Below are positions 28,928 through 37,866 of a stretch of DNA of 64,000 bases, piece after piece. Numbering within the stretch: the first letter of the stretch is position 1; each line of letters begins with the position of its first letter. Location of the stretch: positions 32,001-96,000 of the IMG/VR virus record IMGVR_UViG_3300029305_002190. One strand, 5' to 3'. The position numbers and the translations under genes were made by a program. Under the pieces are notes generated by a model that was given only the letters and a program-made list of their open reading frames with translations, was not told where the DNA came from and did no database searches. Source of the stretch: a virus. Taxonomy: Duplodnaviria; Caudoviricetes.

Positions 28928-29527
28928 TTGAAACCTGAAGAAGCACTGATAAATATGTTCGGGGATTTAACTATTTTACATGTAGTTGAATTCTTTTTTG
29001 CTATGTATTTTATTATTAGAGTTAGCAAAGACGCCATTGCGTTTATTAACAGAAAACATGACGAGGAACAACAAAAGACTGCAGATGTAGCAGAAGCTTT
29101 AGCTGGAGTACGGGCTATGCCTGCTTATCGTCAGCAAAGCGTTGAGATACAGGGTCAATTAAATCAAAAAATTACAGATGTGCATGACGAAATGAATAAT
29201 AAGTTTGATGAGCTTACGAAGAAGTTTGATGCTGTAATGGACAGACTTAATGCCATGGACGCAGAGAACAAAAAGCGAGCTAGAAATCGTATAAGAGAAG
29301 AATTAATGCGTGGACATCGTATGTTCACAGATCCGATAAAGAATCCAATGAAGGCTTGGTCGTCCTTAGAACATGATAGCTGGTTTGCACTATATGAGGA
29401 TTATTTAGATTGCAAAGGAAATGGGGACATGCAATATCGCATTTGCCCTGAGATGAACAATCTTGATATAATTCATATGGATGATACGGAAAAATTATAC
29501 GAACTAATGCATAGTAGAAAACTATAA
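28928..29527 (+). CDS. Holin-like membrane protein
   Basis: N-terminal TM helix, coiled coil, C-terminal Y..Y...KGNG motif. Last gene of the late operon. TTG start with GGAGG. Confidence 0.5.
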   Translation: MKPEEALINMFGDLTILHVVEFFFAMYFIIRVSKDAIAFINRKHDEEQQKTADVAEALAGVRAMPAYRQQSVEIQGQLNQKITDVHDEMNNKFDELTKKFDAVMDRLNAMDAENKKRARNRIREELMRGHRMFTDPIKNPMKAWSSLEHDSWFALYEDYLDCKGNGDMQYRICPEMNNLDIIHMDDTEKLYELMHSRKL

Positions 29528-29546
29528 AATTGGTGTTAAATAAATT

Positions 29547-29575
29547 TAGGAGAGCTTTTGCTCTCCTATTTTTTT
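29547..29575 (+). terminator. Intrinsic terminator at the convergence of the two arms
   Basis: TAGGAGAGC-TTTT-GCTCTCCTA followed by T7. Confidence 0.85.
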
Positions 29576-29718
29576 ACGTTTTTTAAATAGCTTTCTATAA
29601 TGTTAATCAACCAAGAATTAGTTGTTTTAAATCCTTCTGCGACCACAGCTTTTTCAATTTGAAAGTGTAAGCTTTCAGGTATACGTAAAGTATATACTTT
29701 TTTCTTTTCTTTTTCTAT
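29566..29718 (-). CDS. Unannotated Arc/HicB-like ribbon-helix-helix protein, 50 aa, ATA start
   Basis: (M)EKEKKKVYTLRIPESLHFQIEKAVVAEGFKTTNSWLINIIESYLKNVKK. GGAGG 8 nt upstream. Has its own promoter. Confidence 0.65.
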   Translation of the reverse strand: MEKEKKKVYTLRIPESLHFQIEKAVVAEGFKTTNSWLINIIESYLKNVKK

Positions 29719-29740
29719 ATTACTCGCCTCCCCCTTTTTT

Positions 29741-29769
29741 ATTATAGTATGACTTCACTTTTTTATCAA
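29741..29769 (-). promoter_or_regulatory. Sigma-A promoter of the RHH gene
   Basis: TTGATA-17 bp-TATAAT on the minus strand. Confidence 0.7.
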
Positions 29770-29840
29770 ATGACTGCATAAAATTATTTGAATGGCTAAT
29801 AATATAAATACCATTTTTTCATCATGTTATTTCCAAAATT

Positions 29841-29869
29841 ATAGGAGCCACCATAACGGCAGCTCCTAT
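29841..29869 (-). terminator. Terminator hairpin after the recombinase operon
   Basis: ATAGGAGC...GCTCCTAT stem. Confidence 0.65.
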
Positions 29870-29872
29870 TTT

Positions 29873-30070
29873 TTATTTAATACCAAATTCTTCGCATGCA
29901 ATTTTCATAGCCTCCTTAAGTCGTCCATGCTTGCCTTCTGTAAGTTCGTAGATTCTTTGTGTTATTGGATCATTTTCACGAAACTCTTCGCTGTTTAGAT
30001 ATTCTATAATTTCTTTATATATAGCTTCTTTTCTTTTTTGTCCGACTTTTCTCCTTGTGTTATTTGTCAT
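29873..30070 (-). CDS. Small hypothetical protein downstream of the recombinase
   Basis: RBS AAGGAGA, 65 aa. Confidence 0.6.
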   Translation of the reverse strand: MTNNTRRKVGQKRKEAIYKEIIEYLNSEEFRENDPITQRIYELTEGKHGRLKEAMKIACEEFGIK

Positions 30071-30087
30071 ATTACCATCTCCTTATA

Positions 30088-32028
30088 TTATTTTATACGT
30101 TTAATCCACTTACATATTTTTAATAGCCCCATAAATGTTACATTGAATGTACATCTATATCCCTGGATGTACCCTTCAGTGTATAAATTAAATAACATAT
30201 ATGCATCATCTTTTGTGCCAACTACATAGTTTTTATCACGTGCCCTTGGTGTTCTAACTATAATGCCTGCGCTTTCAAGCTTATTAATGATCGGCATGAA
30301 TACACTATAGTATCCTTCTTTGTATCCTTTGGAAGCAACCTTCTTGTGCAGATCTCCAAAGTGAAATTCCTTCATTTCAAACATTGTATCTATTATTGCT
30401 TTCTTATATATGTCTATGGATCCTAGGCTAATATCTATATGACCACTCATTACTTCATTTAAATTACCATTCATATAAATATCTATGCCACCATTATAAT
30501 TGACAACAATTCTTTCCACAAGTAGTTTTAATTGTTTAACAGTGAGTGTGTCACTTGTAATGATTTCATCAAATAACAATAATGCTTTATTTAGTCCACT
30601 TCGTACTTCTTTGCTCGATTGAGAAACGCTCTGTTGTTCATCAATTTGAGTTTTTAAAGATTGAATATAATTTGATTTATCATTGATTGCTTGTTGATAA
30701 GTTTCCTCAAGTATATCTTTCATGGCTGGATTTTTTATAATGTCTTTTACTTTTTGCTCCATTAGCATTTTTAGTTCATTTGTTGTTTTATCTAGCTCTT
30801 TTTGCAATGCACCTATTGAGTTAATAGCATTTACATCGCACACTTGTTTTAATTCTTTTTGAATGATATTGTCTAGATTTTCAATTGCGCCCTTTAAACT
30901 GTGCCTACACTGTCTTAGGTACACTTTAACAAACTCAATTAATTCATCTTCATAGACTCTATTATGATTACAATAATTTGCCCCATATGAATTATATGTT
31001 GAGCATACATAATATCTTCTTTTATTCACACCGCTTCTTGGAGTTAACGGTCTACCGCAGTCACCACAGAATATTAATCCAGTAAAGATATTAACGTGCT
31101 TTCTTACACCCTTATGATGTTTAGTGGCTCTTTCTTCTTTAACTTTTTGTGCCAGATAGAATGTTTCTTTATCTATGATTGCTTCATGATGATCTGGGAA
31201 TATAAGATTTTCACTCTTGTCCCTTTTAACATTTTTACCATGGATGCCTATTACTTGCATTTTTCTTTGCACTAATGTGCCTATGTAGAACTCATTGCTT
31301 ATAATTCGTTTTATGTGGGTGGAAGACCATAATTCTGAAGTGGCTCTTTTACTTGGCTCCAATCCATTTTCCTCTCTTATTCTTGCTAATGCTTGTGTTG
31401 GAGTTGGCACTCCTTCGTCATTTAACATTCTTGCAATGTTCATACCGCCATACCCATTAACATACAAGTCGAATATTTTTTTAACATATACGCTTGTTAT
31501 TGGGTCAATTTCAAAAGTATGTTTTTTTCCATATATTCTTCTGTATCCATATGGCACATTACTACTAACCCATTTACCTTCTTTTTGCTTTGAGTGTATT
31601 ACTGCACGAACTTTTTTGCTTGTATCTTTAACAAGCTTTTCATTTGCCCATGTTGTTATACCAAGCATGGAATCATCGTCTTTTAGGTTGTTATAATTAT
31701 CACCTATACTAATTAATTCAACTTGTCTTTGAATTAAATCTTCATTGAATAATTGCACTCTAGCATTATGTCTACCCAATCTTGATAAATCTTTTACTAT
31801 GACACCTTCAACCAAACCATCGTCAATATCTTGTTTTAGTCTGTCAAATGATGGTCTGTTCCAAAGGTATCCACTCACACCGTCATCAACATAAAATTCA
31901 GTGATTTCATATCCATGCTCATTGGCATATTGTAAAATAATTTTTCTCTGATTGGCGATTGACATAGATTCGAAATTGCAATTATCATCTTCACTTAATC
32001 TTACATATGCAACTCTTTGATTTGACAT
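30088..32028 (-). CDS. Large serine recombinase (integrase) with C-terminal extension
   Basis: YVRLS, DDGVSG, RPSFDRL, KDLSRLGR, PYGY, zinc ribbon CGDCG...YVC...C, and coiled coil. Confidence 0.95.
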   Translation of the reverse strand: MSNQRVAYVRLSEDDNCNFESMSIANQRKIILQYANEHGYEITEFYVDDGVSGYLWNRPSFDRLKQDIDDGLVEGVIVKDLSRLGRHNARVQLFNEDLIQRQVELISIGDNYNNLKDDDSMLGITTWANEKLVKDTSKKVRAVIHSKQKEGKWVSSNVPYGYRRIYGKKHTFEIDPITSVYVKKIFDLYVNGYGGMNIARMLNDEGVPTPTQALARIREENGLEPSKRATSELWSSTHIKRIISNEFYIGTLVQRKMQVIGIHGKNVKRDKSENLIFPDHHEAIIDKETFYLAQKVKEERATKHHKGVRKHVNIFTGLIFCGDCGRPLTPRSGVNKRRYYVCSTYNSYGANYCNHNRVYEDELIEFVKVYLRQCRHSLKGAIENLDNIIQKELKQVCDVNAINSIGALQKELDKTTNELKMLMEQKVKDIIKNPAMKDILEETYQQAINDKSNYIQSLKTQIDEQQSVSQSSKEVRSGLNKALLLFDEIITSDTLTVKQLKLLVERIVVNYNGGIDIYMNGNLNEVMSGHIDISLGSIDIYKKAIIDTMFEMKEFHFGDLHKKVASKGYKEGYYSVFMPIINKLESAGIIVRTPRARDKNYVVGTKDDAYMLFNLYTEGYIQGYRCTFNVTFMGLLKICKWIKRIK

Positions 32029-32067
32029 TGACGTACCTCCTATGTTATTTCTATGTACCTTAAATGT

Positions 32068-32097
32068 ATTATAACATAGGACATAAAATTTTGTAAA
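32068..32097 (-). promoter_or_regulatory. Sigma-A promoter of the recombinase
   Basis: TTTACA-18 bp-TATAAT with an extended TG. Confidence 0.65.
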
Positions 32098-32104
32098 TAC
32101 AAAA

Positions 32105-32260
32105 TTAAGAATTGTATTTATTTTTAATTAGTTCTCTGATAATTTCTAGAATATCTTTATTCCCGCCAATAAAATTAACTACTCTATACTCGTTTTCAAT
32201 TATATTATAACTTTTAGTATCGTTTGCTGATTTATGTATGTAAAATGTTCTTTTTTCCAT
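32105..32260 (-). CDS. Unannotated 51-aa protein
   Basis: RBS AGGAG. MEKRTFYIHKSANDTKSYNIIENEYRVVNFIGGNKDILEIIRELIKNKYNS. Confidence 0.5.
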   Translation of the reverse strand: MEKRTFYIHKSANDTKSYNIIENEYRVVNFIGGNKDILEIIRELIKNKYNS

Positions 32261-32275
32261 ATTTGTCTCCTATAT

Positions 32276-32309
32276 AAAAAAATAGCGGTGATATTACTAC
32301 CACCGCTAT
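32276..32309 (-). terminator. Intrinsic terminator
   Basis: ATAGCGGTG...CACCGCTAT stem with an A-tract on + (U-tail on -). Confidence 0.8.
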
Positions 32310-32315
32310 GTAATT

Positions 32316-33011
32316 TTAATTAATTGCATCTGTACAAATATCGCTTACATCAGTATAAGCTTTTGCTGTACTAAGCACACAATCCGCTTCTTCCATACAA
32401 CTATCATATGTGGCTTTTATATCTAAGCCATCCAAAGTGCAAGACTTAGTTGCACATGCAGCTGCTGTTACAGTACTATATAGCGCATCAGTACCTCTTA
32501 CAGAGTAATCATAATTTAATGAGTAATCTCTTTTAATGCCAATACTTTCTGCTTCCTTGACCGCATCCATATTTGCACCTAAGAACATAAAGTTCCAACC
32601 ATGACCATTGGTTTGATGCTTAATTATCTTTTCAATCTGCGCTTTTGTAAACTTGCGACTAGAGTTTTCTTCGCCATCAGTTGTAATTACAAATAGAACA
32701 TTATCAGGTTTGTTTTCACCAAGCTCATCATGTCTATCTTGAACACGATTGATAATTTCACCAATTGCGTCAAGCATTGCTGTGCCACCATATGCCATGT
32801 AATCTTTAGTAGTCATTGGATTCACTTCATACACATCAACACCATCATGTAGGATCTTCCATGAAGTATCAAACAAAACTGTTGTTAGTGTAGTTTTAGT
32901 ATCATCTTTCTGGCTCTCAACAAAACCATTAAAACCTTCAATAGTGTCATTTGTAAGGCTGCTCATTGAACCGCTCTTATCAATTACAAAAATAATCTCT
33001 GTGCTTTTCAT
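32316..33011 (-). CDS. von Willebrand factor A domain protein
   Basis: MIDAS DKSGSM, GGTAMLDAIG, ITTDGEENSS, FLGAN. Confidence 0.9.
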   Translation of the reverse strand: MKSTEIIFVIDKSGSMSSLTNDTIEGFNGFVESQKDDTKTTLTTVLFDTSWKILHDGVDVYEVNPMTTKDYMAYGGTAMLDAIGEIINRVQDRHDELGENKPDNVLFVITTDGEENSSRKFTKAQIEKIIKHQTNGHGWNFMFLGANMDAVKEAESIGIKRDYSLNYDYSVRGTDALYSTVTAAACATKSCTLDGLDIKATYDSCMEEADCVLSTAKAYTDVSDICTDAIN

Positions 33012-33030
33012 TGTACTTTCCTCCTATTTA

Positions 33031-33471
33031 TTACTTGCCTGTACTTCCAAAGCCGCCAGATCCTCTATCGGTTTCTTCAAGAGATTCCGCTTCTTCAAAC
33101 TGTGCATCAAGACATGGTACAAAAATAAGCTGTGCAATTCTATCGCCATTTTTGATGCGTCTTGCCACATGAGAATCATTATGAAGAGGAACAATATACT
33201 CACCAGTATAATCTGCATCACAAACACCAACACAGTTTGCTGGTCTTAGGCTCTGCTTTGTCGCAAGACCACTTCTTGCAAAAATACCACCAAACCATCC
33301 ATTCGGAGGCTGAATAGCCAAACCAGTGCCAACTGGCTCTGTTGCAAATGGAGCAATTGTAATATCATCTTCAATACATGCGTATAAATCATATCCCGCA
33401 GCAAGACTGCTTCCCTGAGTGGGAACATGTGCATTGGGATTTAGTTTTACAAATTTAACAATAGTACTCAT
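33031..33471 (-). CDS. dut: Trimeric dUTPase
   Basis: AGYDL, RSGLA, GVCDADYTG, RIAQ, RGSGGFGSTG. Confidence 0.97.
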   Translation of the reverse strand: MSTIVKFVKLNPNAHVPTQGSSLAAGYDLYACIEDDITIAPFATEPVGTGLAIQPPNGWFGGIFARSGLATKQSLRPANCVGVCDADYTGEYIVPLHNDSHVARRIKNGDRIAQLIFVPCLDAQFEEAESLEETDRGSGGFGSTGK

Positions 33472-33482
33472 GCTTCACCTCA

Positions 33483-33782
33483 TCAAACACCAAAAATGTA
33501 CTTAAATACATCTTCCAAATTTCTGATGTCACGATAGAAATAAGACTTATCGAAATCTGCTTCCAATTTCTTTTGCAGGTCATACGCCTTATCAAATGCC
33601 ATATCAACTTCTGCTACACGAGCCTCGTATTCTGCAGCCTTCTTTGCTTCAGCAGCCTTTCTTTCTTCTTCTGCTCGCTTCTTTAGGCAGGTCTGTTCAC
33701 AGTTCATACGCTGTGCGATGGAGTCATAGACTTCACCGCATACAGCACACTTACACATAGGTTTTGCACATATTTTATCCAT
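33483..33782 (-). CDS. Hypothetical protein with N-terminal Cys motif
   Basis: CAVCG...CEQTC. RBS AGGAGG. Confidence 0.6.
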   Translation of the reverse strand: MDKICAKPMCKCAVCGEVYDSIAQRMNCEQTCLKKRAEEERKAAEAKKAAEYEARVAEVDMAFDKAYDLQKKLEADFDKSYFYRDIRNLEDVFKYIFGV

Positions 33783-33798
33783 AATTAAATCCTCCTAC

Positions 33799-33814
33799 AT
33801 TAATTTCGTATTGT
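33799..33814 (-). promoter_or_regulatory. 16-bp repeated element copy (ACAATACGAAATTAAT)
   Basis: Lies between the nrdJ stop and the next RBS. Confidence 0.75.
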
Positions 33815-36007
33815 TTATTCACACTTGGTCCATCCACAGTTTTTGCAGATATTACATCCACCTTCATGAACTATTTCTGCTCCACACTTTGGACATTTTG
33901 GCGCATTCACATTGATAGGCTTATTTACTGTGGTTTTGCCAAGCAACTCGTTGTGCATTTCCTTGAGTGCTTTACCTACAGCAATAGGACAGCAGCTACC
34001 AGGAGATGTGTCACCCTTTGTTGCTTTTCTTACAGCATAGGACGGACATACGCCACAAGAATTTAGCTGATCAATAATGTCATCCAGTTTAACTCCTGCT
34101 CTTGCAGACAAGCTAATCATTCTTGATAGACCTATCATAAAGTTATTGCAACCTCCACTTGACCCTTTGGACAAATATGTTTCACGCAGTTCTTTTGTTT
34201 CTGCGTCAAAGAATGCGCTGCAATGTAAAGATCCACAACCAGTCATTAGTTTGCGCTTCATGCCAATTACATTGTCACCTGCAGGAACTACATAACCACG
34301 TTCTAGGACGTTCTCGTCCTTTTCTAGCGACTTTTTAGTCTCATCTGTAACCAGAATACCTTCTCTTGCACATCCTGCACGATAGACTGTGACACCCTTA
34401 AGGCCGCATTCCCATGCATACATATAAATCTTTTCAACGTCTTCTACTGTGGCTTCATTTGGTAGATTGATGGTAGAGGAAATGCTTGCATCAATCCACT
34501 TCTGCCAAGCAGCCTGACATCTGATTCTATTTTCAGGAGAAATATCAGACGCTACAACAAACACATCAGGCAATTCGGATTCATCTTTTAAATTGTGTGT
34601 ATCCATGTATGCTTTAACAATAGGAGTATATACCTTATAGAACACATCTCCACCATGTAAAGATTGAGTCTTTCTGGTATATGAGTTGGCGAAAATAGGC
34701 TCAATACCACCGCTAATGCCAAGCATAGTAGAAATACTACCAGTTGGAGCGATAGTAAGTAGCTGAGAATTATTTAAGCCATTAACTTTATGGCCAATTG
34801 CTTGAATCATAGGAGAAGAATTAACAGCATCTGCATTAAACATTGGATAGTTGCCATATTCGTAACTCCTGTATTCTGATGTACTAACTGAGCATTCAAA
34901 CAAGTGTCTTGCAATGTCATCGCACAGCTCATTTGCTTTGTCAGATCCATACACAATACCAAGCTTAATCAAGCAATCCGCTAACCCCATCATTCCAAGA
35001 CCAATTTGTCTCCAATTTCTAACTGAGTTTCTTTGTTCTTCTAGGGGGTGTAGTTCAAGACCTTCGTCCAATACTTCATTTAATGCATATATGGCATCAG
35101 TGATTGCGCATTCAAATGAAACAAAATCAAATGATGCATTTTCAGTAAATGGATTATTTACAAATGCGGATAGGTTTAATGCGCCAAGCAAACAGCTGCC
35201 ACCTGCAGGGAGTGGCTCCTCTGCACAAGGATTGGTTCCTGCATATTCAAATCTTTCATCGTTAACTAATAAATTATGATTAGAAATTCTATCCCAGAAT
35301 AGAACTCCAGGTTCAGCGTAATTCCAGTTCATTTCACAAATCTTATGGAATAATTCCTTGGCATTTACAGTTCTGGTAATGGGCTCTCCATTTTCTTGGC
35401 GAGTAAATGTTAATTCATAATTCTTGTTGTTTTGCACTGCCTTCATAAAATTATCATTAACACGAACAGAAATGTTTGCATTTGTAATTTTATTTAGGTC
35501 TGACTTGATATTAATAAAGTCTTCAATATCTGGATGGTTTACAGGCATTGAAATCATCAATGCGCCTCTGCGGCCATTCTGCCCGATCAATCCAGTGGTA
35601 AGATTATATAGATCCATAAAGCTTACTGCACCAGAAGATTTCTTTGCAGTGTTATTGACTTTTGCATCCTTTGGACACAGCTTACCAATATCAATTCCAC
35701 ATCCACCACCATAAGAGAAAGTTCTAGCAAGTTTTTTAGCTGCGTCAAATATACTTTCTAGATTATCTTCTGGCTGTGCAATCACATAACAATTACTGTA
35801 TGTCTTATTGCCAGGAATGTTTCTATTGGCAAGAATTCTTCCTCCAAATAAAAACTTCTTTTCTTTGATGAGTTCTCTAATGGATTGGTTGCCACCACTA
35901 ACTCTATCTAGCCACTCTTCGAAGTTTTCATTTTCATATCTGTACTTTTTTTCCCAGATATCAATTCCTAACTGATTATCTTCTCCAAGCCATTCTTGAA
36001 CGTTCAA
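33815..36007 (-). CDS. nrdJ: Class II (B12-dependent) ribonucleotide reductase
   Basis: SNCYV, GGGCG, RRGALM, TNPCAEEPL, SCLLG, IAPTGSIS, GVTVYR, and a C-terminal Cys-rich domain. No small subunit gene nearby. Confidence 0.93.
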   Translation of the reverse strand: MNVQEWLGEDNQLGIDIWEKKYRYENENFEEWLDRVSGGNQSIRELIKEKKFLFGGRILANRNIPGNKTYSNCYVIAQPEDNLESIFDAAKKLARTFSYGGGCGIDIGKLCPKDAKVNNTAKKSSGAVSFMDLYNLTTGLIGQNGRRGALMISMPVNHPDIEDFINIKSDLNKITNANISVRVNDNFMKAVQNNKNYELTFTRQENGEPITRTVNAKELFHKICEMNWNYAEPGVLFWDRISNHNLLVNDERFEYAGTNPCAEEPLPAGGSCLLGALNLSAFVNNPFTENASFDFVSFECAITDAIYALNEVLDEGLELHPLEEQRNSVRNWRQIGLGMMGLADCLIKLGIVYGSDKANELCDDIARHLFECSVSTSEYRSYEYGNYPMFNADAVNSSPMIQAIGHKVNGLNNSQLLTIAPTGSISTMLGISGGIEPIFANSYTRKTQSLHGGDVFYKVYTPIVKAYMDTHNLKDESELPDVFVVASDISPENRIRCQAAWQKWIDASISSTINLPNEATVEDVEKIYMYAWECGLKGVTVYRAGCAREGILVTDETKKSLEKDENVLERGYVVPAGDNVIGMKRKLMTGCGSLHCSAFFDAETKELRETYLSKGSSGGCNNFMIGLSRMISLSARAGVKLDDIIDQLNSCGVCPSYAVRKATKGDTSPGSCCPIAVGKALKEMHNELLGKTTVNKPINVNAPKCPKCGAEIVHEGGCNICKNCGWTKCE

Positions 36008-36013
36008 TATTCA

Positions 36014-36565
36014 TCACTCCAAATCATTAATTTTATTAATCGCTGCAACAACATCATCCCAGTTGTAACAACGATGAATGCCGTAAACATAATCCTTTTT
36101 TGATTCGTTCCAAGGATAGTTGAAACAGATTCGATGATAATAAGGCTTCGCAAGAAGATTAGCTAAATTATCTTCAATAAGTACATCACATCTAAATAAA
36201 TGCTTGTGTTTCATGGCAACAATATGCCCATCATCGATGAATGGAAAATACCGATGAATAAATTCAACTTTTTCTCCATATGTTTTTGGAATTGCGTCGG
36301 TCACCAAATATACTTGATGACCGTCACTAATTAATTTTTGTAATGAATCTTGTGCCCCAATAAGCGGCTTTACAATATTGTATAAGCCTGTTTCGCTGTA
36401 TATATCTCGCATTTTAATTGCATCAGATGTAGGTAAAACATTCATTACATCATACTCAGTAAAATGATTAAGTGTATAATGTGTGCCATTGCGCTCATTA
36501 AATAAGTTAACTACAACTTCTTGAAGATTACATATCACATTGTCTACATCACATACAATCACCAT
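36014..36565 (-). CDS. 5'(3')-deoxyribonucleotidase (HAD, NT5C-like)
   Basis: DVDNVI, LIEDN, YPWN. Confidence 0.85.
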   Translation of the reverse strand: MVIVCDVDNVICNLQEVVVNLFNERNGTHYTLNHFTEYDVMNVLPTSDAIKMRDIYSETGLYNIVKPLIGAQDSLQKLISDGHQVYLVTDAIPKTYGEKVEFIHRYFPFIDDGHIVAMKHKHLFRCDVLIEDNLANLLAKPYYHRICFNYPWNESKKDYVYGIHRCYNWDDVVAAINKINDLE

Positions 36566-36567
36566 GT

Positions 36568-37131
36568 TTACACCCCCATGTGGCGCTCAGCTCTAGTGAC
36601 TACAGATGCTAGATCATCATCTGCATACATGTCAAACAAAAAAATTCGACGGTTATAATAAGCTCTATATCGCCAAACAACATCATCTAGTTTGTCATGC
36701 CAATCTTCTTTCTCGTCTTGCAAAAGCCTAGAAATAATAGCCATATCGCTATCACCTCTATCTATCATTCGATTAATGCGAGTGCAAACATTGGTGCTAA
36801 AATATAAAATCGCAATTTGCCTATCTGCTTCATATCTTTCTAGTAGTGTTTCCACTCCAGGCACATCAACTACATACATCTGGCACTGATCTAGCTGTTC
36901 TGCTGTTGTGCCGTAGCGATGACCATTGTATTCTGTATACGCCACCATCTCTCCAAGATCATCAAACTCTTCATCACTTACAAAGATGTGACCAATTTCA
37001 CCTTCATATCTAGGAGGTCTTGTGGTGTAGGAATTTACCTGTTTAAAACCATGTTTTTGTTCTAGAAAATTTGCCACAGTTGTTTTGCCTGATGCACTTT
37101 TGCCCACGAATAAATAAAGAGTATTATCCAC
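36568..37131 (-). CDS. gmk: Guanylate kinase-like protein
   Basis: GKSASGKTT, SYTTRPPR, YNGHRYGT. Confidence 0.9.
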   Translation of the reverse strand: MDNTLYLFVGKSASGKTTVANFLEQKHGFKQVNSYTTRPPRYEGEIGHIFVSDEEFDDLGEMVAYTEYNGHRYGTTAEQLDQCQMYVVDVPGVETLLERYEADRQIAILYFSTNVCTRINRMIDRGDSDMAIISRLLQDEKEDWHDKLDDVVWRYRAYYNRRIFLFDMYADDDLASVVTRAERHMGV

Positions 37132-37837
37132 GAACCCTCACCTCTGCAATCATTTGCTTAAGCTGTTTCTTGGTAGGATATGCACCGCAAGATGCTTTGC
37201 CCTCAGGGCACCACAGCAACTCCTGACAGTTAGGAACTAGCTTTTCTTTTAGTTCAGGGAGAAGTTCAAGTGTCGCATTTTTAAATCCTAAAGCCAGTTC
37301 TCTAATTTTATCTTCTGCTCTGATGCACAGTCTAGAATTTTCAAAATGAATAAGTGCTTCTACAGTCATGCCAATAACAAAATCTGCATGAGTAGAAATA
37401 GGAATAACATGTCTCGCCTGTTCATTTGCTCTTTCATGAGAACCAGTTTTATTCAGAACATACTCCTGAATTTCACAGTAAAGATCTCTAGCAGCCATCA
37501 TATGTACATGGTACTTTTCTAATAGCTCATGATTGTCAGTAATTTCTACAGGGATTTCATAGACAAACGCATCTTTACTTACGTATCTAAATGACTGTAC
37601 ATTTTTCATTACGCCAACTTCATGTCTGACGGCTTGATCAATTGTAAATCTGGGGCAGCCCTCTACTTTGAATAAGATAAATCTTCCACGACTTCCAGAG
37701 AAATGGCCACTATTCATACAATGCTTACCAACATTTGCAGGAGTGTCGGTTTCAGTATCATAACATACACAGCTTGCTTTTCCCCAATACTCAAAAAGTC
37801 TTGTAGTTTCTTCAGGGTTTAAAATTGTTACTTTCAT
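37124..37837 (-). CDS. thyX: Flavin-dependent thymidylate synthase
   Basis: CY...GHFS, QAVRHE...QSFRYV, EQARHVIP, RLCIRA, CPE...CG. Start moved to ATG 37837 because of the RBS. Confidence 0.8.
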   Translation of the reverse strand: MKVTILNPEETTRLFEYWGKASCVCYDTETDTPANVGKHCMNSGHFSGSRGRFILFKVEGCPRFTIDQAVRHEVGVMKNVQSFRYVSKDAFVYEIPVEITDNHELLEKYHVHMMAARDLYCEIQEYVLNKTGSHERANEQARHVIPISTHADFVIGMTVEALIHFENSRLCIRAEDKIRELALGFKNATLELLPELKEKLVPNCQELLWCPEGKASCGAYPTKKQLKQMIAEVRVRG

Positions 37838-37850
37838 GTATTTGCCCTCC

Positions 37851-37866
37851 ATTAATTTTGTACTGT
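37851..37866 (-). promoter_or_regulatory. 16-bp repeated element copy (ACAGTACAAAATTAAT)
   Basis: Encodes the TVQN* end of the upstream gene and abuts the thyX RBS. Confidence 0.8.
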
